64,000 bases of DNA from Tubiluchus corallicola (GCA_030141605.1 JAQGDQ010000010.1:124001-188000), one strand, 5' to 3'; shown: positions 13,454 through 26,339, numbered from the stretch's first letter. The notes: generated from the sequence alone by a model not told the origin. A program made the numbers and translations.

Positions 13454-14547
13454 GATTGCAAGCGGAAACTGATTACAAGTCTACAGGTACATAGGATAGA
13501 AAATCCGTTGCACTAAACTTTGTGTGATTCATTCCACTATTATCATATTATGACAAGAAAAGATGTATTTTGTATCATATTAATGAAAATAGGTACACCT
13601 CATTATTTTGAATGGCATAATCATGCAAGTTCTTATGATTATGAATGGTTTGGCAACTTCTTGCACTACTTCTCTCTGATATTAACGTTCCACGTGTGAA
13701 CGGCTTGGCAATTTCTCTCTCAACTTGACATCCATGTGAATGACTTGGCAACTTTTCATCGTTAACATATGCGACTTTTACTCTCAGAGAGAAGTTGCAC
13801 AACAAGTTGTGAGAGGTCTCTATGTCTGAACGCGCCACTGGAAATCTGTATGTCTGTATTTGGCATTTATAAGGCCCTGTATTTGAAAGCTTATTTTTGA
13901 AATAAGCTCACTACTTTTATCACTAAATTTTTTAAATTATTTAGGAAAATCTGAGAACCACAAACATAACGAGGCATACCTAGATAAACTGGTTATAGAA
14001 TTTTATAAATTATAGATTACAATGATATGAGGAATTGTGTTGGACAGAGTATTAGAATTTACTGGTAGAGCATACTGTGAATTGGTAAATTATGCATTCT
14101 GGAGATTCCTTTTTATATTTGTGCTAGACTTAGCCAAGTGTATTTCTTCATTTGTTATGTAAATTTCTTGTTATTAGCATGGTGAGGGATAGGTATATGC
14201 ACATTTTGCAATGTTTCTGTTTGTTTTTGTGTACACTAGGTTCATAGTAGAAAAAATTGAGATGACAGAAACTTTCTAAAGAAATACATATAGTAATTTT
14301 TTTTATCAATACATACTTGAACTTTTCAATTCTCATTTTGTGCTCAAGAATTATGAAATTAAGTTTTACCATTACAAAGTTTTATTCTCTGATTGACTTT
14401 AGTTTACCTTATCTTAAAAAGTTAGCTGCTGATTTTGCATTGATAACAACAGCAGACGTGACCAAGAGACTCATAATGGCATCATTCCTTGTTGCTTGGT
14501 CATCTATTGTGTTACATGTAGTATAATACGGTTACTAACGGCTTTGT

Positions 14548-14592
14548 CAGGGCCGGATTATCCTTAGGCTAGTAGTAAGCCCCTCAAGCTAT
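14548..14592. mobile_element. Terminal fragment of the CAGGGCCGGATTA MITE family
   Basis: CAGGGCCGGATTA..TAGGCTAGTA..CCCCTCAAGCT matches one end of the elements at 38766 and 62040. Confidence 0.55.
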
Positions 14593-16699
14593 AGTAACAG
14601 TTAAAAAAATTTGTTTTTTCACTACGGTTGTGGTAAAATAATTATGTGTTAATTTGGTTTGAAATAAATGGTAAAATAGTGGTGTATTTCTTAAAGAATA
14701 TTTTTGTCAAAAAACAAAAGATAGTTATTCTAGTTTAATTAAAGAATTGGATTGGCAATAAGTTTACTTCAACCTACGAAAATGTCATTTTTTAAAATAT
14801 ACCACAAGCAAAAAGTATTGATCAGTTATGATCATTCGTGGTTAGTTTTTTAGCTAGAGATATTAATTGTGTCCTAATGTTTGTGAATGAACTTTAGGGA
14901 TATGGATAGTTGAATTCTTTCGCTACTGCTCACTGCTCACTTTTCAGACCTCAGTTGTATACTGTCACATATGTTTGAAATATGTAGGCCTGTTGTGCTT
15001 AATATTATAGCCATGATATTGTTTATTAAAATACATTCCATCATTTTAGTATCAGATTTCTTTAGTTGTCTAAAAGTCTTTTCAGTAAGCAGTTTTCAAC
15101 TGTTTTTCGCCATTAACGATACAAAATTTAGGTCTTAATTCTAAAACAGCAATTGGTTTTTAACGAGTGAATTAACTAGTTTTCATTAGCTAGCTACATT
15201 ACCTCGTATAAGTTTTGGCTTATTCAAACTGTTTAACAATGAGGAATCACTGAGCAAACGATGTATAGCAAGGTACACCAGCTTCAATTTGCATGTTGAC
15301 GCACTTCTGCCTAAGACAATCATGCCAGCTAATTACAGCTAAATTTTGTTGCACCATAGTGCACCTTTGTGGCACCTAACTTTTCAAGTCTAAAGCAAAA
15401 TAAGTTACCAGGCAGTCACAACTGTTCAAAAAACGTTTTTCTTTTTTCCTGAAAAGTTGCAAGAAAAATGAGTTGCAGCATGCATGTTATCATGAAGGGG
15501 TAGCAGCAGCTCAGTACAATAAACTACTTGTGCCCATTGTCATCGTCTACAGTTCAATTTTGCTGACTGAAAGACGGATTTTGCGCCACTAACATGTGTT
15601 ACCGATAGCCTTAATTATAGCTACTTAAATGGTGAGAAAACTAAATGTATGACCCCTTGGGACATTGTTTTTTCTCGAGGGGCAGTGTCTGTAATTTTGC
15701 CATCCATTTTAAGCACTGGCACTCTTGACCACTTTTGTGATCTTTTAGATGCTTTTTGACTATTTTGTTTGTTTAGAAACAGGTTTTTGATAATTCTTAA
15801 GGCCATTTGAGATTCTGTTTTTATGATTAAAATTGTGACTGTGTTATGCTTGTTTTCCCTATAACCTTTTTGCCATCTAACAGAAATTGTTAGTGTGTCT
15901 TTAGTCGTTTCATCACAGATGTTTTGTCAACATGCTTTCTTGGATGTTATCTGCTAAAATATTAGAACTGGCATGTTAATACAGCTTGATATGTTTTGAT
16001 GAGAACTGCGTAAGTGTGGCGTGTGCCAAACAGAAAAACCACATGTGAATGAAACAGTTGTTAAAAATTTAATAAAAATTTAATAATGGAATTGTGACGA
16101 TTTTAGTCGCTTTTACATTCCTTTCAAGTGTGGTCAGATACACAAAGACTATCTTTCACTGACATAGTGTTTTGCAAATTTTGCCAATAGAAGCAATTGG
16201 TATCTAGTCAATACATTCTTAGATATGATAGGCCTATCGTTTAGCAGTCAATTTACTCAATTTTACTTAGTCAGTTTTTTATTAATATGTCATTTATTTA
16301 AACATTGTTACGTATACAGTTGTCATTTCACAATACTGCTGTTAAGTATTAAATCCGTCTAGTCACTTAATTGCTGTCATTATCATAATGTATCCAGTTG
16401 TCTGTTTGGTGAATTTATCCAGAGTGTTTATTCTTATGTTGGCAGCTATTCAAAATTTTGTAATTGATATGAATGTCTTAAATCAGTGTTGACTGTTGTC
16501 TTGTAAGTCTTGTCTGGTATGCAGTTAAATAAACAATTCTGTGTCAAATTATAAAAACGAACATTGCATTTAAATAAATTGGAAGTGTTTCACCAGTAGC
16601 CCTACTAAAATGTTAGCATTGCTTAAATTTATCAAATCTTAAATATAGTTTCATTGTTAAGAAAAAATGGCAAGCAAGCATTATAATGTTCTTGGTGGA

Positions 16700-17530
16700 T
16701 GGTCTTAACATAGATTGCTATTCATCTGGATGTTGTTCTTGTTGTTGTTGGAGCTGACCTATTTGAAAAAAGCCGAAAGCTCCGCAAATTCACGATGGAT
16801 CTTTGTGAAATTGTGTAAGAATATACTAGAATAGGTTCCACATCGACTGACGGAGCCAGGTTTTTTATTTGTCATCTTGAATTCAAGACGGTGATAGAAA
16901 CTCATGCCTTGTGAGGGGTTTCCTAGTGAGCTGGATGCTATAAGTGAAACTATGACTAAAATGCTAGGCTGGAAGCTCAGGTGATAGAGCTTTGGAGTAT
17001 TAATCCCAGGTCACGGGTTCAAATCCTGAACAGTCCACAGTTTTTCAGTGTCTCCTTTCTCCAATTCATTACCTGCAATGGTGGGTGACAACATTATTTT
17101 CGAAAAAGGTATAAAGCTCTTTGAATTCGCAATGGATGGTCATGAAACTTTATGAAAATATACTAGAACAAATTCCACATCAATTGCATGAGCCAAGTTT
17201 TTGATGTACCATCTTGAATCCTGTAAAGTAACAATAACATCATTCTCAAAAAATGACTAAGGCTTTACCAGTTGCAACGGATCGTCTAGACACTGTAGGA
17301 ATGTACATGTACTAGAATGAATTCCGTATTGACTGACAGAATCGGACTTTCATTCTATAATTAAGAATTCATAATGGCAGCAATTAAGGTCATTTTCGAG
17401 GAAAGTCTTAAGGCTCCACCGATGGATCATCATGAGCTGCTACAGGAATATACTAGAACGAATTCTGAATCGACAGAGTCAGAGTTTCGATTTGTCTTCT
17501 TAAATTTAAGATGGCGATATTGACATCATT
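16700..17530. repeat. Diverged ~145-150 bp tandem array (4 units), Helentron/HINE-like, interrupted by a tRNA-like element
   Basis: TACTAGAA..TTCC..ATC/TGAC core at ~16823, ~17161, ~17310 and ~17451; AAGATGGCG-like motifs; (TTG)n near the left end. Confidence 0.6.
16892..17060 (+). mobile_element. Dispersed ~170 bp repeat with an internal tRNA-like (Pol III A/B box) module, copy 1
   Basis: AGCTCAGGTGATAGAGC A-box-like sequence, GGTTCAAATCC B-box, then TTTTT; clearly homologous to the inverted copy at 19728-19895. Confidence 0.75.
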
Positions 17531-17571
17531 TCTAATCCTCGATCTTGGATTTAGCACTCGAGTCTTTCGAC

Positions 17572-20312
17572 CTATAGTTCGGGTCGAACTTCTATTAATT
17601 TAATAGGTTCCATGTATAAGTTCAGCTTGTGAACGTAACCTCTTTGTGTGTAGGGGTAAATTTTGCGATGTGTATCGTAAAGTGTCTGTAAATGACTAAA
17701 ATTGAGTGATAAGCTGATAACTTCGTTCTTGCAAAATCTGTCTGTGTACTGCTTTGCAGGCACTTTGTAAAATATAACTGCATGATAGACTTGTACTTTC
17801 ATGATTAATAGATTACATCCTTCAAAAGTTTCACTCAGAACGCGAATGACGTCAGCAGTTGAATGAATAATAAAAATTCTCTGTGCAGAGATGATTTTAG
17901 CAGGTAGTGATGTCATGAATGTTTGACGGTTGTGAATTAACATCATCACTACTGGCAACATGTAGGTAAAAGGAGCGTTTGCTATATATGTATACGCATG
18001 TATGTATGTAACAGCCAACACAAACAGGCAAATGTTTGGGTGCGTTTGAACAACTGCATGGGTTTGAAGTAGACTATAGTGAATCATATAGTCTATTATG
18101 GTTCTTGGGACAGCAGACATTTAAGCTGAGAACACTTGGATATTGACATATGAGTTGTGAACACTTGGATAGTGGACATTTGGGGAATTTCTACCGACCT
18201 TAAGCGCAGTGTAATAAGCCTACTTTATGCGCTTAATGTGGGTAGTGCCTATAACAAGTAGGACCTACTTTGTTTTTCTTCCTACCTACCTACCTACCTA
18301 CATAAAAATATCACCCTCCCAGGTGTTTTACTGCGAAAGAGCCACTACTGCTCACTGCTCAAGCACTACCACTGCTTTGGACAGACTGCTTTATGTCCAC
18401 TGCCCAAGTGTACTACTGCCCAATATCCACTGTGTAAGTGTCCACTGACTGACTGCCCAAACGACCTTTAACCATGTTTTAATTCAAAGTAAATTCACAG
18501 GGAGAAATCAAGGTTGGATAAAACACTAAATATTTAAAAATTGTATATGCATTGAATGAGAAAGGGTGGAACAAGAAAGAACTAAGTACCAAAAATTAGC
18601 CCCAAGGACTCTTGACATAGAAGCCCAGAGTGCTGTTGATGACACTGAGCCTTGAAGCCGTTGATCAAGCCCTCATGGTATAATGATGAACAGTAAGTCT
18701 GCTAAGCCTAAAGCCTCGACACAAATAAAGTGGTATCTCCAGATCGACTGCAGAGTCTCTTTCTCATCCATTTGCATCTAATCGTAGAAACGTTTCTTAC
18801 CAGTAGCTTAGGAGGTCGAAATTGAGAGAAAAACCCTTGTCCCCGCGAGCCTATGACGCACATTACACAGGCCACAACTACTATGAGTGTAGTAATTAAA
18901 CAAGTTGAGCAGTAAGTGAACTGTTATTTATTATTATTAGGACAATGTAAGGGTAGATACAGCGAAAACGTATAACGACAGCAAGAGAAAACAAACAAAC
19001 AAAATAATTAATTAAAACAGACACCCTCATGAGCATTAATGATGTTGAATGTTTAACATAGATTTATTGAGCTGATGAAGTCTGTCCTGCGGTAGGACGG
19101 AAAGTTTGTGTGGTTTGAACACTGGTCAGGGGCCGAAGATGGAACATTATAAATTTATTATGAGGTTGGACCGATGTTTTTTGTGCACACTTTTATTTCT
19201 TATGTGCATCCTATAGTTTCGCACAATGATGTAAGAGTACTGTTCAGTCGCTATAATTTTGAATCTCGCTTAGTCAGAGCGTTCCCCAGTTTACTTTTTT
19301 CGGCAACTGGTCCAGGCTCGCGCCATTTCACTGATATTATTAGCCTGCGTGAAGCAGCTAATACTCTGAGTGAAGTACTTGACCAAGCAACTAAGGGCTG
19401 TTCAGTGTCCATTTTCATTGTCGATATTTTTTGTTGGACGAAGGTGCGACGTCTTTAGCCTCAGATCAAAGACATGCATATTATCATGAATACAGAGGCT
19501 ATGTTGGCTACCGCAAACTTGAAGATAATGGAAGTAGCAGCTAGTTATCTACTTTTGCGCCTAAAAAGTACTAAATTGGTTGCCTTTTACTATAAAAGAC
19601 AAGACTACTCTAGGGCTTGAATATGCAGAAAGATTCCATTTTTATTAATTAATTATGACTGTGATTGCCAGGGTTTTTTTGTAAACCATTGCGGTTTATT
19701 TTACCAATTATTACCCATTGTGGGTGAAGAAAGGAGACACTGAAAAATTGTAGACTCTTCGGGATTTGAACCCGAGATCTGGGATTAATACTCCAAAGCT
19801 CTACCACTTGGACTACCAGCCCAGCATTTTTAGCCATAGTTTCACTTCTAGCATCCAGCTCACTAGTAAACCTCACAAAGTACGAGTTCCTATCAGTCTT
19901 TAACTTCGTCTTGATCTAAAAGCTTTTGTGCATGAGTCAGCATCCAGTGTCATATTCTCTAGAAATTACATTAGCAAGGTAAGTCCTCACAATTCAGTTT
20001 TGGCGCGACGATCCCGTTCCCATTTTGCCCTGGTGGCAAGAATAGTGAAGAGATAATCTTGCAGACTTTTTTATTGCTGTCTTGCAGCAATGCACTTGCT
20101 GTCTTGAAGCGTTCAATATGCAACACTAAGTTTTAAACTGCATACGTTTTGCTTTAGAAATACAGGTCGAATTCGTCATTACTTGGGTACCCAATGCTAA
20201 TTTGTTTACACGCACTTTTTGGCTGAGTATAGTGTTAACGGTGACGGTAACGGTTGGGTTGTAGATTGGGTATTGAAACAACGTGCATACCACTACGATA
20301 TTTACTGTACAT
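17572..20312 (-). CDS. Candidate small secreted or ER protein, ~71 aa, 3 exons (20312-20291, 18880-18801, 17685-17572)
   Basis: Reads MYSKYRSVVVACVMCVIGSRG-QGFFSQFRPPKLL-TLYDTHRKIYPYTQRGYVHKLNLYMEPIKLIEVRPEL*. Donors GTG|GTATGC and CTG|GTAAGA; acceptors ctcatag and catttacag; phases compatible. The first exon is the least certain part. Confidence 0.35.
18101..18466. mobile_element. MITE-like element with inverted subterminal motif arrays
   Basis: Left side repeats ACACTTGGATA/GGACA motifs; right side repeats the complementary TGTCC/ACTGCCCAA motifs; central (CCTA)n. Confidence 0.4.
19728..19895 (-). mobile_element. Dispersed ~170 bp repeat with an internal tRNA-like module, copy 2
   Basis: Reverse complement reads TGATAGGAACTC...GGGCTGGTAGTCCAAGTGGTAGAGC...TCGGGTTCAAATCCCGA...TTTTTCAGTGTCTCCTTTCT. 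Confidence 0.75.
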
Positions 20313-20738
20313 ATTGAGCTGAAATATTGAGTTGCAAATTTACATGGTTAGTAAAAACACTTTTAGTTTACATGATATACGAACAGTGATGGCTTCCTCT
20401 GAAAATTTTATTGCCGTTGGAAGGTTGAGATCTTGTAGTTATCTTCACCGCCGCAAGATGTGCAAAGCACTCAAGCACATATATACATGCAAACTTTATT
20501 TAAAGCTTGGTTTTACAACAGCAAACGTTAGTCTTCACCGACAATAAAATAATGCATTAAAATATAGGTAATAAAACTGTTAATACATTGTTATACAAAA
20601 ATGAGAGATTGTGAATGATATTGTAATATGAATTGGTGAAACACGTGTACAATTAAACTTACTAAAATCAAACAAGTTATTTACAAATTAAGATTCTCAA
20701 ATGCACGGATTGATAGTTAAAGGAAACAGAAACACAAC

Positions 20739-20740
20739 GA

Positions 20741-20812
<72 letters not shown>

Positions 20813-20820
20813 AAAGAAAG
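20739..20820. repeat. (GAAA)n microsatellite
   Basis: About 20 tandem GAAA units. Confidence 0.97.
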
Positions 20821-22597
20821 TTCAAACGATAATTTTTTATTATTCACTAAACTTTTTCGCTTAGAGTATTGAGCGATTCACTCTGTGTTTAAAGCCTTTA
20901 AAAACGTGTAGTAAATCTTACATAGTATATAATGGTTTGGGCCCGGGATAAATAAAAAAAAAGTCGTACGGTTCTTCAACTATCCGAAGGCGTTAATACG
21001 ATACATTATTGTTTGGTTGTTTATTTTGATACTGCACTCTATCAGATGTTTTTGGAGCATTGTTGAGGAAAAAATTGAAACTGCAATAAGCGCACAAATC
21101 TTTCCGGCCTGTCAGAATGCCAAAACCTCATTTCCTGAGGTTGATAAGTCTTTTGACAGTACGCAGACGGGAAAACAAGCTAGTAAGTCGGGTAGTCTCA
21201 CTAGTGATAAGTTCTATTACCATCCCCATTGGGAGCATTATAATCATCGAAATAATTGCAATTTTGTAACTTAGCAGCGGCGTAATGGCAGTCATTGCTA
21301 TTCTCATTAATGCATTAATAGTAATTGTAAGATCTACATCATCACTTATTCATTGCTACTTCTTCTCTGGACAGGTACATGACAGACTGAGAGTGCCTTG
21401 GAAACCAATAAATGATCATTGAATTTTCTGCACTTGTTTCAGTCACAGCAGCACCAGCACCACCGTCGACACCGGCGCCGCCGCCGTCATTAAAAACAAT
21501 TTGACTTTGACCTTGAATTTGAAGTGTTTCGCAGATGGGGCGCCTATAATCTATATTGCATAAGGCTCGAAGTATCCTATCGAAGTAAGGTTAGCATTGC
21601 GGCGTATCCATTGCTAAACTATTCATGACCGTGGATTAAAAGCTTTTTTAAAACAAGAGCCTTTCTATTCAACGCTGTCATTAACGGGGATTAAATTTCG
21701 CGACCGTGACGCAACAAATTTGTGACAGTCTTTTGAGATTTTTCGCAATTCTTAGAAGTGTCGATAGCAGACTGTGAACCTGACGCAAGCGGCAATGTGA
21801 TGACGTCACAAAATCATCGATGCGAGCGGCAACTGCGGCGAATGTGTGAGACGTTGAAACAAAGCGTCTTAATCACGGATGTCATAAACAGAAAAGAGGA
21901 AATGAATGAGATCAAAGAAGCGAAACAAAATGTCAATGAAAACCCAACAGTGTCAAAGAAGTATAGTATTTGAGTCTTAAACCAAGGGACTTTAAATGTA
22001 CAAACAGATTCGTTTTGTTTGTTTCCCCATGATCCTCAATTAATTGGGGGTGGGGGTGGGGGGTTAAGGTTTTTGAACTGATGAGTTCAACCATTAAAGT
22101 TGCTGTTGCTTGGCAGTAGAGAACAAGCACTAGGCATCTTCTCAAAATACGTAACGATCTTTTAAGTAACTTTTGTTTTACTTAAAATATTGTATCCAAT
22201 AAGACAAGGCATTTCATATTTTTTGGTGCTATCTGGCATTAGTATTGTTAAATCATTTTGTTAAATATGGTTCTGCTCAAGGTCTACTTGTTCTGCTGAT
22301 TTTTTTTGGCAGGACCGGAACCTATTTCATTACCAAGCACATTTTTCTAAAACAGGTTACAGAATGGACAGAGGTATTTTAGCCACGTTTGGACATGCAC
22401 TTATGCCCGATCGAGAAAAACTGAACATTTGAACACCGGGTAGCTTTCTTGAAGGTCAACCATCATTTACTAATCAAGCGATTACATATAGGCCACTATC
22501 CTTGAAATGCTGTGAATGCGTCGTTAGGTTATTTTGAGAAGCTACGTGTGAGCCGCACCCTTTGAACAAACCCTGATCGCTTGATGTCCTTGTACCA

Positions 22598-24498
22598 GAT
22601 CTATAGGAACGACCACATTTTGCACGGAATCCGCATGTTTTGTCGCCGCAGATTCCGGAATCCGGACGCTGTGTTGCGCGTAATGAAGAAAATAATAACA
22701 GTAGAAGACATTGACTCATAACATGCAGGTAGGCTTGAAAGTCATATAAACTTTGGCGGCACGGAAGAAGGTTATAAATTTCATTAGGTTTGCATGTTAC
22801 AGTGCTATATCCAGCTCGCGGATTTTTCATTTGCAGAAAATAGTGTATGTTATTCAGTGCTAATTGTAGTAGATGATAGCTGCGCTGTGTAAATATTATT
22901 ATTAGGTATAGCGTGGTGCCATCTGTAAAGAAGAACGAGTAATCATTATTAGCTGAAACCCCTTTAAAAGTGGTCGTGATTTAATAAGGTGGGTTAAACG
23001 TCTAATTAACAACACAAGCATTACATAAAACCAAAACTGCAAGTTTTATCCATGCTCACGTATTAGTTAAAAAGTAAGTGACTGAAATACAGACATAACA
23101 ATGAACGCAAAAGTGTAACATTTTTAAAAGTTCAATAAAATTTTATTGTACAGAAGAATTGGAAAAAGGAATTCAAGTCTAGCTTCCACAGAAGTTTTGT
23201 AAATTTTATAACACATATGATCTATATAGGAACGACCACATTTTGCACGGAATCCGCATGTTTTGTCGCTGCAGATTCCGGAATCCGGACGCTTATGAAT
23301 ACGCCTCTAGGTAGGCGAACAAACTGAGAGGCGGTAATGAGACGTTACAATGCGAAGGTGAAACAAATCAGGCGGAACAAAACACGCAAACATCCGGCTT
23401 CAGTCCCCCGTGTGTACAGCATGCGCTGTAGGGAAGAGAAAGATCATAGCTTGCGCAGTAACAACAGTTCCTCAGACTATGCAAAGCTGCATTGGCTGCT
23501 CTCTGCAGGCTGCTACTGCTGTTCAGCACAATACACGAGCGTGTAGAGCACAATTATTGCCACGAGTGAACTCGGTGAAGCCAGTTTCTGTTAACAACTT
23601 TCCGCTGTTACATTACTAACAAGATTTCTGGAACATTCTTCGGTTAAATAGATATAGCAAATGTGTATTAGCTACGCGGGTCTTCAATAGTTAACTTGCA
23701 GTGATTGAGGTGAAATTTGAGTGCGCTGAAGTGACGTCACCGTGCACCTAATCATGTGACAGGTGCATGGATTTATGAATGAGTAGCGCCTCTTGCCCGT
23801 CATGCGGTACTAACTATCACTGTGTTGCGCGTAATGAAGAAAATAATAACAGTAGAAGACATTGACTCATAACATGCAGGTAGGCTTGAAAGTCATAAAA
23901 ACTTTGCCGACACGGAAGAAGGTTATAAATTTCATTTGGTTTGCATGTTACAGTGCTATATCCAGCTCGCGGATTTTTCATTTGCAGAAAATATTACAGT
24001 GGGAAATTACAAAGTAACTGTTTAACAATTTTTGCTTTCACATACAACTATATCCAATGCACATTAATGTTTCGGTTTTAGCTTTAGTTTCGTTTTACAC
24101 AGTCATTGACTAGTTAACAAGGCAATAGCGTATGTTATTCAGCGCTAATTGTAGTAGATGATAGCTGCGCTGTGTAATTATTATTATTGGGTATAACGTG
24201 GTGCCATCTGTAAAGAAGGACGAGTAATCATTATTAGCTGAAACCCTTTTAAAAGTGGTCGTGATTTAATAAGGTGGGTTAAACGTCTAATTAACAACAC
24301 AAGCATTATATAAAACCAAAACTGCAAGTTTTCTCCATGCTCACGTATTAGTTAAAAGTAAATGACTGAAATACAGACATAACAATGAACGCAAAAGTGT
24401 AACATTTTTAAAAGTTCAATAAAATTTTATTGTACAGGAGAATTGGAAATAGGAATTCAAGTCTAGCTTCCACAGAATTTTTGTAAATTTTATAACAC
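22598..24498. repeat. Recent tandem duplication: short copy 22598-23214 and long copy 23219-24498
   Basis: Both copies start GATCTATA..GGAACGACCACATTTTGCACGGAATCCG and share near-identical blocks to TTTTATAACAC; copy 1 lacks 23294-23821 and 23994-24127. Confidence 0.92.
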
Positions 24499-25354
24499 TT
24501 CTAAATGCGCAAATCTTTTTTAGCTGCGCCTTTTCTAAAATGCTCAGTATTTCTAAATGAGTTAAGAGACTAGTTTTTGATTGTCTTAAGAAATTTTAGC
24601 AAATTTAACAGTTAAAAACAGTAAAACAGTTTAAAATGTGTTTATTGGGTTACATTTGTTCAAAAGTTACCTCCTCGAGTTTGTTTTGAACATGAAAAAC
24701 TCATAAGTCATGTTGGAGTTGTTTGAGGCATGTGAGTCTGCTCTCACTCTATCTCATATTTGTTTTTTTGTGGCTCCTTTCAAATTTTGCAAACAACTTT
24801 GTGCAGAGTTGACCCAGCACTCACCAAGAGCTAGTTTTATCACGAAATGGGCATTGCCACACCCACGGGTTAAATTTTGTAACTGTTGACGCTTTTCCAG
24901 CTTTGTCTTTTCACTACGCGAATTAAAAATAAATAGTGAATCAAACTGAAATTGTGTTTCAAAATAACGGATAAAATTACGGGCTCTTCCTCACCGTTGA
25001 AAAAGGAGAGGGAAAACAGTGTCTATGCTACTTTGTTATTTTTAGTAAAGTCGCTCCTTCTTTTTAGCCCGTTTTTATCCGCTACTGCTGGCGTTGCAGA
25101 TCTATGAGAACAGTGCGCCGAGTTTTTATCAGTAATATTCACCATGTTAGGCATTCAGTTTACTACTATTTGATTCACATTAACTTACAAACGCAGAGGG
25201 CTAGTGTTACCAAACTTACAGGGTAAATACGCGAGGTAAGGGTCCTGAAAATGGTTTGACGAGTTGTGGCTGTATTCAAAAGATCAAGGACACTCGAAAT
25301 TGACCTCGATTGTCATTCAACTCATTCTAGGACTTCATTCCTAGAGTGAATTCA

Positions 25355-25549
25355 TTTTGTGTTCATACGTAGTCACGTATTATGGGGTAGATATGTACAT
25401 GGGCTTTTAAAAAGCTGGGATTCCTTAAGGACCCAACTGGGAGTTAAAGTGTTTTTGTGTTCATACGTAGTTACGTATTATGGGGTAGATATGTACATGG
25501 GCTTTTAAAAAGCTGGGATTCCTTAAGGACCCAACTAGGAGTTAAAGTG
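25355..25549. repeat. Near-perfect tandem duplication of a ~97 bp unit
   Basis: TTTTGTGTTCATACGTAGT...GGGATTCCTTAAGGACCCAACT.GGAGTTAAAGTG occurs twice with two substitutions. Confidence 0.93.
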
Positions 25550-26339
25550 CACAACGTTGCTAAAACTACAGTTACTAGAGTCACGAAACCTACAGGGATA
25601 ACATCTGTATAGTTAGAAAACTTGGAATTGGTTAAGTGCCCACGATAGGAGCCAAAATGCGACAGTTAGAGCATTGAGTTTTAATTCATATTAAACTACA
25701 AACGTATGTGGTTGTAGTCACAAAATATGTAGGGTAGGTACCTGGGAGCTTAAAAGTGGTGTGGCAAACAGTGACCTCACTCAGTAGGTCAAGGACACTG
25801 GATATCGTTCACTTATTATTGTTATTCAACTCCTTTTACGCCTTCGAGATAAATTCCGTTTTTCGACCACACTCGACCAGGTTTGATCAGGTATAAACAT
25901 GGTTTACTACTGATTATAATGCAGTTCTTTAAGTGATCCATTCTTCCTTTTCTTATTATTCTTGTCTTATAGGCAGCCTGTTTAATACTCAATGATTGAT
26001 CGTTTGTAATAAGACTCGTTCGAGCAGAGCGGATTTAAACTTTAATTAAGAAGCTTACATGTGCAAGCTTTAATAAAAACAATATTTTTAGATCTTTGTT
26101 TTCAGCATTGAATTTTCTATTTTTCAATGATGATAAAGCTTGAACTGAAATAACACAGAAGTTATTATAGTTCGCATCAATGAGGATTATATATATATTA
26201 GCTAGCTTAGCACAACACAACAAGTTAGTGCTTTGAGGTGAATACAGTTTTTAACAGTTTTACTAAATACTCATTGCACTCCACTGAATTTTGCACTGCA
26301 GTGCAGCATAGGATAGTGTAATATATTACAGTGCAATGC

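Noticed and set aside
16967-17037. Functional tRNA genes here and at 19.8, 30.6, 58.05 and 60.8 kb
   Set aside because: Acceptor and anticodon stems do not pair properly, and each sits within a larger repeat.
17572-18120. 182-aa single-exon ORF
   Set aside because: No recognisable domain, and it starts inside a repeat; only the last 37 codons behind a splice acceptor look exon-like.
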